A stretch of 40,327 bases of DNA from the NCBI GenBank assembly GCA_050744105.1, contig JBOGGP010000001.1:1-40327 (forward strand). The letters are read 5' to 3'. Numbering within the stretch: position 1 is the stretch's first letter; every line of letters begins with the position of its first letter. Shown in pieces: positions 16,215 through 23,646 of this stretch. The stretch is from Acidimicrobiales bacterium (GTDB lineage: Bacteria; Actinomycetota; Acidimicrobiia; Acidimicrobiales; Palsa-688). Both the position numbers and the translations under genes were made by a program. The notes under the pieces are model-generated. The model was not told where the DNA came from and made no database searches. It was given only the letters and a program-made list of their open reading frames with translations.

Positions 16215-17422
16215 TGCAGGCCCTCCAGGAGATGGCCCATGCGCTCCCTCTTGGTCCTCAGGTACTGCAGGTTGTCGTCGGTCACCGCCGGCGGGATGGG
16301 TACCTGCTCCACGATGGTAAGGCCGAAGCCCTCCAGTCCACCGAGCTTGGCTGGGTTGTTGGTCATGATCCTCATCGTGGTCAGGCCCAGGTCGACGAGG
16401 ATCTGCGCCCCGATGCCGTACTCCCGGTTGTCGACGGGCAGGCCGAGGGCCACGTTGGCGTCCACCGTGTCGAGCCCGGTGTCCTGCAGCTCGTAGGCCT
16501 GCAGCTTGTGGGCCAGGCCGATGCCGCGCCCCTCGTGGCCCCGCAGGTAGACCACCACTCCGGTGCCTACGGCGGCGATGGTGGCCATGGCGGTGCGCAG
16601 CTGGCTGCCGCAGTCGCAGCGCAGCGATGCGAACACGTCGCCGGTCAGGCACTCGCTGTGCACCCGGACGAGGACGTTGTCGAGGCCGGCCGGCTCGCCC
16701 ATCACGAAGGCCACGTGGCTGTCCTTGTTGAGCAGGCTCTCGTAGGCCACGCAGCGAAACTCGCCCCACTCGGTGGGCACGCGGGCGTCGGCCACCCGGC
16801 GGATCAGCTTTTCCTGGCGGGACCGGTAGCGGATCAGGTCGGCGATGGAGACCATGAGCAGCCCGTGGCGGTCGGCAAAGCGCTCCAGGTCGTCGCGGCG
16901 GGCCATGCCCAGGCCGTCCTCGGTGACCACCTCGCAGAGCACGCCGGCCGGCTCCAGACCGGCCAAACGGGCCAGGTCCACGGCGGCCTCGGTGTGGCCG
17001 GCCCGCTTGAGCACCCCCCCGTCCCGGGCCCGCAGGACGTGGAGGTGTCCCGGCCGGGTCAGGTCCTCGGGCCGGGTGCGGGGGTCGAGCAGGGCCCCGA
17101 CCGTCGCCGAGCGGTCGGTGGCGGAGATGCCGGTGGTGGTCCCGCGCCGGGCGTCGACGGTCACGGTGAAGGCCGTGCGCTGGGACTCGGTGTTGCGGGC
17201 GACCATCAAGGGCAGGTCGAGCGCGTCGGCCCGCTCACTGGTGATCGCCGCGCAGATCAGCCCGGAGGTCTGCTTGACCAGGAAGGCGATGGCCTCGGGT
17301 GTGGCGGCGCTGGCCGCCAGGATGAGGTCACCCTCGTTCTCCCTGTCCTCGTCGTCGACCACGACCACCATCTGGCCCCGGCCGACGGCGGCGATGGCGT
17401 CCTCGATGGGTGCCAGCTCCAC
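16211..17422 (-). CDS. ribBA: Bifunctional 3,4-dihydroxy-2-butanone-4-phosphate synthase / GTP cyclohydrolase II
   Basis: 403-aa ORF. DHBP synthase motifs (DDEDRENEGDL, HTEAAVDLARLAG) and GCH-II motifs (RVHSECLTGDVFASLRCDCG, YLRGHEGRGIGL). Confidence 0.95.
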   Translation of the reverse strand: MELAPIEDAIAAVGRGQMVVVVDDEDRENEGDLILAASAATPEAIAFLVKQTSGLICAAITSERADALDLPLMVARNTESQRTAFTVTVDARRGTTTGISATDRSATVGALLDPRTRPEDLTRPGHLHVLRARDGGVLKRAGHTEAAVDLARLAGLEPAGVLCEVVTEDGLGMARRDDLERFADRHGLLMVSIADLIRYRSRQEKLIRRVADARVPTEWGEFRCVAYESLLNKDSHVAFVMGEPAGLDNVLVRVHSECLTGDVFASLRCDCGSQLRTAMATIAAVGTGVVVYLRGHEGRGIGLAHKLQAYELQDTGLDTVDANVALGLPVDNREYGIGAQILVDLGLTTMRIMTNNPAKLGGLEGFGLTIVEQVPIPPAVTDDNLQYLRTKRERMGHLLEGLQ

Positions 17423-17427
17423 CGACC

Positions 17428-18039
17428 TCAGGCCTCCCCGCCGGGCGCCAGCCCGGCCGCCGGGTGGCCCGCGAGCAGCCGCTCCACGTACTTGGCGATC
17501 AGGTCGACCTCCAGGTTGACGTCGTCACCGCAGGCTCGCAGACCGATTGTCGTCACCTCCGCAGTATGGGGGATGACGGCGACACTGAAGCTGTCGGACC
17601 CGATCCCGACCACGGTGAGGCTGCACCCGTCGACGGTCACCGATCCCTTGACCACGAGGTAGCGGACCATCTCGGGCGTTGCCCGGACCTCGAGGTCGGG
17701 CGCCGCCCTGGTCACCACCCCGGTGCCGTCGACATGTCCCTGGACCAGGTGGCCGCCCATGCGATCCCCGAGCCGGGCCGCCCTCTCCAGGTTGACCCAG
17801 GCCCCCGCGCCCATGCCGCCCAGGTTGGTGCGACCGAGCGTCTCGGCCACGGCGTCGGCCGCCCACCAGCCCGGCCCCAGCTCGGCCACCGTCAGGCAGC
17901 AGCCGTTGACGGCGATGGAGTCGCCCAGGCGGGTGCCGGCGGCGACGGTGGGGGCGGCGAAGACCAGCCGCTCGACCCCGCCTCCCCGGGCCCGCCGATC
18001 GGTCAGGCGGCCCAGCTCCTCGACTATTCCGGTGAACAC
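17428..18039 (-). CDS. ribE: Riboflavin synthase (alpha chain)
   Basis: Track ORF 17428..18258 trimmed to GTG 18039 (VFTGIVEELGRL..., the canonical MFTGIVE start). The upstream in-frame part of the track ORF is only the translated tandem repeat. Confidence 0.9.
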   Translation of the reverse strand: MFTGIVEELGRLTDRRARGGGVERLVFAAPTVAAGTRLGDSIAVNGCCLTVAELGPGWWAADAVAETLGRTNLGGMGAGAWVNLERAARLGDRMGGHLVQGHVDGTGVVTRAAPDLEVRATPEMVRYLVVKGSVTVDGCSLTVVGIGSDSFSVAVIPHTAEVTTIGLRACGDDVNLEVDLIAKYVERLLAGHPAAGLAPGGEA

Positions 18040-18180
18040 GGCGTCCCGGTCGAGCACGGCGTCCCGGTCGAGCACGGCGTCCCGGTCGAGCACGGCGTCC
18101 CGGTCGAGCACGGCGTCCCGGTCGAGCACGGCGTCCCGGTCGAGCACGGCGTCCCGGTCGAGCACGGCGTCCCGGTGAAC
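18037..18180. repeat. Near-perfect 18-nt tandem repeat, 8 copies (cacggcgtcccggtcgag), between the ribD stop and the ribE start
   Basis: Read directly: seven identical units plus a last unit ending gaac. The array is flanked by the direct repeat ccggtgaacacgg (18029-18041 and 18172-18184). Confidence 0.95.
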
Positions 18181-18188
18181 ACGGTGGC

Positions 18189-19196
18189 TCAGGCCGCTCG
18201 CAGCTCGACCCGGAGGTCGGGGCCGAGCCGGCGCACCTCGACGATCTCGCCCCGCCACAGGTCGGCCACGGTGGGCGCCCCGGGGCCGGCGAAGAGCGGG
18301 CGGCTGTCGTCGCCGCCGAAGAGGGCGGGGGCCAGGTAGAGGACGTAGCGGTCGATCAACCGGGCCCGGTGGAAGTCGCCGGCCACCCGGGCACCTCCCT
18401 CGACGAGGACCTGGAGGACCCCCCGCCGGCCCAGGTCGTCCAGGATCTCGCCCAGGTCGCCCCCCAGGCTGAGGGCGGGGCGGACGGCGGCGCCGGCGGG
18501 TATCGATCCCAGGACGACCCGCAGGGGATCCCGGCCATCCACGCCGCGCACGGTCAGGGCCGGGTCGTCGGCTCGCACCGTGCCCGCCCCCACCACCACG
18601 GCGTCGCTTTCGGCCCGCAGGCGGGCGACGTCGGTGCGGGCCAGAGGCCCGCTCAACCAGCGGCTGGAGCCGTCAGGGGCGGCGGTGCGCCCGTCGAGGG
18701 TGGCTGCCATCTTGAGGACCACCCACGGGCGGCCGGTCCGGCGGTGCTTGATGTAGGGCGCCAGGGAGGCGGTGACCTCGGCGGCCATTACGCCCACGAC
18801 TACCTCTATCCCGGCCTGGCGCAGGGCGTGCAATCCGGCGCCCCGCTCCGCCGGGTCGGGGTCGTCGATGGCCACAACCACCCGGGCCACGCCGGCGGCG
18901 ACGAGGCCCTCGGTGCAAGGCGGCGTGCGGCCATGGTGACTGCAGGGCTCGAGGGTGGTGTAGACGGTGGCCCCCCGGGCGGCTGGGCCGGCGAGGGTCA
19001 GGGCGGCGGCCTCGGCGTGCGCCCCGCCCGGAGGCTCGGTGGCGGCCACGCTGACCGGGTCGTCGCCGGCGGGCACCACCACGCAGCCCACCCAGGGGTT
19101 GGGGGTGGTGAGTGTCCGCACCCCGGTGGCCGCAGCCAGGGCCTCGGCCATCCAGATCTCGTCGTCGGCCCGGCCCGTCCGAGCGCCGGCGCTCAC
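18189..19196 (-). CDS. ribD: Bifunctional diaminohydroxyphosphoribosylaminopyrimidine deaminase / 5-amino-6-(5-phosphoribosylamino)uracil reductase
   Basis: Track ORF 18189..19280 trimmed to GTG 19196, a GTGA overlap with the mog stop. An ATG 15 codons downstream (MAEALAAA) is an alternative start. Deaminase zinc motif HAEAAAL...LEPCSHHGRTPPC and a reductase domain. Confidence 0.9.
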   Translation of the reverse strand: MSAGARTGRADDEIWMAEALAAATGVRTLTTPNPWVGCVVVPAGDDPVSVAATEPPGGAHAEAAALTLAGPAARGATVYTTLEPCSHHGRTPPCTEGLVAAGVARVVVAIDDPDPAERGAGLHALRQAGIEVVVGVMAAEVTASLAPYIKHRRTGRPWVVLKMAATLDGRTAAPDGSSRWLSGPLARTDVARLRAESDAVVVGAGTVRADDPALTVRGVDGRDPLRVVLGSIPAGAAVRPALSLGGDLGEILDDLGRRGVLQVLVEGGARVAGDFHRARLIDRYVLYLAPALFGGDDSRPLFAGPGAPTVADLWRGEIVEVRRLGPDLRVELRAA

Positions 19197-19669
19197 GGCC
19201 GGTGGCGGGGGTGGGGGCTGTCCCCGCCGGCCAGGAGCTCCAGGGCGTGGGGGATGACGTCGATCACCGCGTTGAGGCACTCCAGCGCCCCGGCAGAGGA
19301 GCCCGGCGTGTTGAGCACGATGCTGTGGCCCCGGATGCCGGCGATCCCTCGCGACAGCCGGCCGAGGGGGTTGACCAGGCGCATGGCCTCGGCCAGGCCG
19401 GGGGCGTCGCGCTCGATGATCTCCCTTGTACCCTCGGGCGTGTGGTCCCGGGGGCCGAAGCCGGTCCCCCCGGTGGTGACCACCAGGCCGGCGAAGCTGG
19501 CGGTCAGGCGGGCCAGCTCGCCGGCGACGGCGGCCACCCCGTCGGCGATGGCGGAGCGCTCGACCACCTCGAATCCGGCCGACACCAGAGCGGCTCCCAG
19601 GGCCTCGCCCGAGCCGTCCTCCCTCGTGCCGGCCATCACGCCGTCGGAGATGGTGAGGACCTTGGCCAT
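19193..19669 (-). CDS. mog: MogA/MoaB-family molybdenum cofactor biosynthesis protein
   Basis: MAKVLTISDGVMAGTREDGSGEAL...VVTTGGTGFGPRDHTPEGT, the MoCF_biosynth fold signature. The ATG at 19669 is preferred over the track's TTG at 19684. Confidence 0.8.
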   Translation of the reverse strand: MAKVLTISDGVMAGTREDGSGEALGAALVSAGFEVVERSAIADGVAAVAGELARLTASFAGLVVTTGGTGFGPRDHTPEGTREIIERDAPGLAEAMRLVNPLGRLSRGIAGIRGHSIVLNTPGSSAGALECLNAVIDVIPHALELLAGGDSPHPRHRP

Positions 19670-19708
19670 GGCCACCCGGGGCAATCTAGCGCCCTTGCTC
19701 GGTGGATC

Positions 19709-20869
19709 TCAGGGACGGGATCTCAGGGCGAGGAGGAACATGCCGTCGGTGCCGGCGTCTTGGGGGAGCAGCAGGGCGCCCCGCCCGGCCGGGCGCCAGG
19801 GCGCCGGGGGTGGGGGCAGCGCCTCGAGGTCGGGGTGGGCCTTGGCCAGCCAGGAGTCGATGGCCGCCGTCTCCGCCCGGGTCATGGTGCACACGCTGTA
19901 GACGACCACCCCTCCGGGGCGGGCCAGGCCGATGGCGGAGCGCACAAGCTGCCTCTGCAACCCGGCGAGGCGGCCCAGATCCTCCCGGCGGCCACGCCAG
20001 CGGGCGTCGGGGCGCCGGCGCAGCACCCCCAGTCCTGAACACGGGGCGTCGACCAGGACCCGGTCAAAGGTGGAGGCGGCCAGCGGGGACTGGCGCCCGT
20101 CGGCCACCACGACCGAGATCCCAGCGCAACCGAGCCGTCCGGCGTTGGCCGCCACCATGGCTGCCCTTGCCCGGTCCACGTCGGCGGCGACCACGAAGGC
20201 GCCGCCGCCGGCGAGGGCAGTCGCCTTGCCGCCCGGCGCGGCGCACAGGTCGAGGATCCGTTCTCCCCGCCGAGCCTCCACATGAGCGGCCGCCATCTGG
20301 CTGGCCCGGTCCTGGACGTAGCCGTCGGGACGGGTGGTCGCGGTGGCAGCTCGGTTCATCTCGGCCATCGCCGCCCACGCGTCAGCCGGCCCCAGGTCCT
20401 CGACCAGCACCTCGATGATCCAGTCGGGGTAGCTGAGCTGGGTGGCCCGGTCTGGCCACAGCGCCCCGCCGGCGTCGACCAGGTCGGCCACCCGGCGCAG
20501 GACGGCGTTGACCACCCGGCGGCCGGGGCCGTCGACGGCGGAGACGGTGGCCGACACGGCGGCGTGGCGGGGTGTGCCGAGGAAGGCGATCTGGTAGGCC
20601 CCGACCCGCAGGGCGGCGCGCACCTCGCGGTCCAGCCTGCCCCGGGCAAAGCGATCGACCAGCCAGTCGCAGGCCCGGCGCATCCTCACCGTGCCGTAGA
20701 CCAGCTCGGTCACAAAGGCCCGGTCCCGGGCGGCCAGGTCGCTGCGGGCGAGGAGGGCGGGGACGACGACGTTGGCCCGGGCGCCGGCGTCGACGGCGGC
20801 CACCGCCTCGATGGCCAGCCGGCGGGCGCCAGCCGGCGGCCGGGCCCCAGCGCCAGCCGGCGGCTTCAC
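19709..20869 (-). CDS. rsmB: 16S rRNA (cytosine-C5)-methyltransferase RsmB/Sun (Fmu)
   Basis: Track ORF 19709..20914 trimmed to GTG 20869, a GTGA overlap with the fmt stop. NusB-like N-domain. Motifs DLCAAPGGKA, DRVLVDAPCSGLGVLRRRPD and VYSVCT. Confidence 0.88.
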   Translation of the reverse strand: MKPPAGAGARPPAGARRLAIEAVAAVDAGARANVVVPALLARSDLAARDRAFVTELVYGTVRMRRACDWLVDRFARGRLDREVRAALRVGAYQIAFLGTPRHAAVSATVSAVDGPGRRVVNAVLRRVADLVDAGGALWPDRATQLSYPDWIIEVLVEDLGPADAWAAMAEMNRAATATTRPDGYVQDRASQMAAAHVEARRGERILDLCAAPGGKATALAGGGAFVVAADVDRARAAMVAANAGRLGCAGISVVVADGRQSPLAASTFDRVLVDAPCSGLGVLRRRPDARWRGRREDLGRLAGLQRQLVRSAIGLARPGGVVVYSVCTMTRAETAAIDSWLAKAHPDLEALPPPPAPWRPAGRGALLLPQDAGTDGMFLLALRSRP

Positions 20870-21720
20870 CAGCCCAACCGGTCGCCGGGGCCGGGCCGGG
20901 CCCCCCGCACCCACTCGGCGGCTCCGAGGGGGCCCCGCCCCTCGGGCTGCAGCTGGACCAGCTCAAGGGTTCCCTGACCGGTTCCGGCCCGCACGCCGTC
21001 GAGCTGACCCGGAGCCAAGCCGGCATCCTCGGCAGGGCGTGCCTGGAGCACGAGGAGGCGTTTTCCCCGCCATGTCGTCCACGCCCGGCCGATCCGCACG
21101 ACGCGGTCCATCTGGCCGGCAGGCGCCGCCCAGTCGATCCGGCGCTCGCCGGGGCCGATCTTGGCGGCGTAGGTGGCCTCGCCCTCCTGGGGAGCGGCGG
21201 CCCCGAGCCCATGGTGGAGGGCCTCGACCAGCAACTCGCTGCCCAGAGCGGCCAGGCGCCGGCGCAGGTCGTCGGCGGTGTCGCCGGGACCGACCGAGAT
21301 GGCCCGGCTGCGGTAGATGCCGCCGGCATCGAGCTCGGGGGCGACAACCATCAGGCACACGCCGGTCTCGGTGTCGCCGGCGAGCAGGGCCCGCTCCACC
21401 GGTGCCGCACCCCGCCAGCGGGGCAGCAGGGAAAAGTGGAGGTTGACCATGGGCACCTGCTCCAGCACGGGCCGGGCGATGATGCGGCCGAAGGCCACCA
21501 CCACCCCGAGGTCGACGCCGGCGTCCAAGACATCCTCCACCCGGGCCGTCACCGGCAGGCCGAGCTCGGCGGCCGCCGCCTTGACGGGGCTCGGGCCGAG
21601 GGATGCCCCCCGGCCCCGCCGGCGGTCGGGCGCGGTGACGACACAGGACAGCGCGAAGCCGGCGGAGACGAGCCGGCGCATCACGGTGACCCCGACCTCG
21701 GGGGTGCCGAGGAATGCCAG
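20866..21720 (-). CDS. fmt: Methionyl-tRNA formyltransferase (start codon uncertain; conserved N-terminus lies upstream of the first canonical start)
   Basis: Track ORF starts at GTG 21684. The same frame upstream reads ...QRLAFLGTPEVGVTV, the conserved Fmt N-terminus (compare MRLVFAGTPE...). It contains no ATG/GTG/TTG. CTG at 21720-21718 is the best-placed candidate. The core contains NLHFSLLPRWRGAAPVERA. Confidence 0.88.
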   Translation of the reverse strand: MAFLGTPEVGVTVMRRLVSAGFALSCVVTAPDRRRGRGASLGPSPVKAAAAELGLPVTARVEDVLDAGVDLGVVVAFGRIIARPVLEQVPMVNLHFSLLPRWRGAAPVERALLAGDTETGVCLMVVAPELDAGGIYRSRAISVGPGDTADDLRRRLAALGSELLVEALHHGLGAAAPQEGEATYAAKIGPGERRIDWAAPAGQMDRVVRIGRAWTTWRGKRLLVLQARPAEDAGLAPGQLDGVRAGTGQGTLELVQLQPEGRGPLGAAEWVRGARPGPGDRLGW

Positions 21721-21781
21721 ACGCTGTGGTCGGCCCGGGGAAGGCTCGGCGAGAGAGCCGATGGCTCGGACCGGGACCTGG

Positions 21782-22300
21782 CTAGACCGAGACGGCCGGC
21801 TCGGAGGACTCGGCCCGCCGGCGCAGCTCCTTCATGGCCGACTTGCGCTGGCCCTTGTCGAGCAGCTCCAGCAGCAGGCGGCCGTCGAGGTGGTCCAGCT
21901 CGTGCTGGAAGCAGCGAGCCAGGATCTCGTCGGCCTCGATGGAGACCTCGTTGCCGTCGAGGTCGTAGCCGGTCAGGTGGACCTCCTTCGGCCGCACGAT
22001 GGGGAAGTACAGGCCCGGGATGGACAGGCACCCCTCCTCGTACTCCCACTCGCCCCGGGACTCCGAGATGACGGGGTTGACCACGGTCATTGGCTGGGCG
22101 CTGTCCTCGCGCAGCTGGTAGACGAACAGGCGCTTTCCCACGCCGACCTGGGGGGCGGCCAGGCCCAGGCCTCGGGCCTCGTGCATGGTGGTCACCATCT
22201 CGCCGGCCAGCTGCACCATGCTGCCGTCGATATCGGAGACCTCCGACGCCCGCTGCTTGAGCACCGGGTCACCGAAGAGGCGGATCTGGTACTGGGCCAT
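21782..22300 (-). CDS. def: Peptide deformylase
   Basis: 172 aa with motifs GLAAPQVG, EGCLSIPG and QHELDHLDG. Confidence 0.96.
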   Translation of the reverse strand: MAQYQIRLFGDPVLKQRASEVSDIDGSMVQLAGEMVTTMHEARGLGLAAPQVGVGKRLFVYQLREDSAQPMTVVNPVISESRGEWEYEEGCLSIPGLYFPIVRPKEVHLTGYDLDGNEVSIEADEILARCFQHELDHLDGRLLLELLDKGQRKSAMKELRRRAESSEPAVSV

Positions 22301-22344
22301 GGTCCCAGGATAGCGTCATGCCCACCGGTACCCTCCTGGTCGCC

Positions 22345-23118
22345 ATGTCCCCCGCGCACTACTTCGACGACCGGCCGGCGGTCGCCTCCCGGCGGCGGGA
22401 AGTCGACCTGGCGGTCCCCGGTGAGACGCTGCGCCTGGCGAGCGACCGGGGGGTTTTTTCCTCCGACCGCCTCGACCCGGGGACCCGCCACCTCCTCGAC
22501 GTCGCTCTCCACGACCCGGCTGTCCCCCGCCCGCCGGCGGGTGACCTGCTCGACCTCGGCTGCGGGTGGGGGCCCATAGCCCTCTGCCTGGCCCGCTGCC
22601 TGGCCCGCTCAGACCCCGCGACCAGGGTCTGGGCGCTCGACGTCAACCAGCGGGCCCTGGCCCTGGTGGCCGAGAACGCCGGCCGGCTCGGGCTCGACAA
22701 CGTCCGGCCGGTCACCGCCGACCAGGTTCCAGCGGGGCTCGTCTTCGCCGGGATCTGGTCCAATCCCCCGGTCCGGATCGGCAAGGCCGCCCTCCACCAG
22801 CTCCTCGGGACCTGGCTGCCCCGCCTGGCGCCGTCGGGGAGCGCCTGGCTGGTGGTGCACCGCCACCTCGGGGCCGACTCGCTGGCCTCCTGGCTGGGCG
22901 ACGCTGGCTGGGCCGTCCGCCGGGCCGCCTCCAAGTCCGGGTACAGGGTCCTCGACGTGCGACGCCGGCAGGGCGACCGGTCCGAGGACGGTCCCGGGGT
23001 GGACGGACGGTCTGGGGACGGTCCCCGGCAGGGAAACCGGTCCGAGGACGGTCCCCGGCAGGGCGACCGGTCCGAGGACGGTCGGCCGGACCCGGGCGCC
23101 ATCCCGGGGGCATGGTGA
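22345..23118 (+). CDS. Class I SAM-dependent methyltransferase (RsmC/RsmD-like, MTS domain) with a repeat-encoded C-terminal tail
   Basis: Track ORF 22318..23118. The ATG at 22345 (MSPAHYFDDRP...) matches the usual N-terminus of this family, but 22318 is also possible. Motifs DRGVFSSDRLDPGT, LLDLGCGWGPI and WSNPPVRIGK. Confidence 0.8.
   Translation: MSPAHYFDDRPAVASRRREVDLAVPGETLRLASDRGVFSSDRLDPGTRHLLDVALHDPAVPRPPAGDLLDLGCGWGPIALCLARCLARSDPATRVWALDVNQRALALVAENAGRLGLDNVRPVTADQVPAGLVFAGIWSNPPVRIGKAALHQLLGTWLPRLAPSGSAWLVVHRHLGADSLASWLGDAGWAVRRAASKSGYRVLDVRRRQGDRSEDGPGVDGRSGDGPRQGNRSEDGPRQGDRSEDGRPDPGAIPGAW
22965..23084. repeat. 30-nt tandem repeat, 4 copies, at the 3' end of the methyltransferase gene, encoding RQGDRSEDGP-type decapeptides
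   Basis: Units at 22965-22994, 22995-23024 (diverged), 23025-23054 and 23055-23084. The array ends 28 nt before the overlapping start of the next gene. Confidence 0.85.
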
Positions 23119-23636
23119 AGCAACTCGGCCCGACCGACCTCAAACGGCTCCACCGGGAGTGGCACCGGCGCACCGCCGGCCGGGTCGCCCTCCTCCTCGA
23201 CGGGGTCGAGTCCCCCTTCAACGTGGGCGCCATCGCACGCGCCTCGGCGGCCTACCGGGTGGACCACCTCTACCTGGCCGCAGGCTCGACCTCCCCGGCG
23301 CACCACCGCGCCGGCCGGACCGCCATGGGGACGGAGCGTTACCTGTCGTGGACGTCGTTCGAGCGGGGACGCGACGCGGCCGACACTGCCCGGGAGGACG
23401 GCTACAGCGTCGTCGGCCTCGAGCTGGCCGACGCCGCCGTACCCCTCCACCAGCTCAACGCCGGCCCCGACGTGTGCCTGGCCATCGGCCACGAGGACCG
23501 TGGCCTCTCACCGTCCACCCTGGCGGCGTGCGACGCGGTGGCATTCCTGCCCCTGTTGGGCCGCGTCGGCTCGCTCAACGTGGCCACGGCCGCGGCCATT
23601 GCCATCTACGAGCTGCGCCGGCGCGAATGGGGTTGA
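23112..23636 (+). CDS. TrmH/SpoU-family RNA methyltransferase (short form)
   Basis: Track ORF 22566..23636 trimmed to ATG 23112 (MVKQLGPTDLKRLHREW...), giving an ATGGTGA overlap with the upstream stop. SpoU motifs SPFNVGAIARASAAY, AIGHEDRGLS and LGRVGSLNVATAAAIAIYE. Confidence 0.85.
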   Translation: MVKQLGPTDLKRLHREWHRRTAGRVALLLDGVESPFNVGAIARASAAYRVDHLYLAAGSTSPAHHRAGRTAMGTERYLSWTSFERGRDAADTAREDGYSVVGLELADAAVPLHQLNAGPDVCLAIGHEDRGLSPSTLAACDAVAFLPLLGRVGSLNVATAAAIAIYELRRREWG

Positions 23637-23646
23637 GCCAGACCGC

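Noticed and set aside
19685-19708. Looked for an FMN riboswitch upstream of mog/ribD (and in the ribD-ribE spacer)
   Set aside because: The spacers are too short, or consist only of the 18-nt repeat. None of the conserved RFN core strings was seen.
2441-23084. Considered whether any of the tandem arrays is a CRISPR array
   Set aside because: The units are contiguous (15-30 nt) with no unique spacers between them. No cas genes are present, and the repeats are shorter than CRISPR repeats.
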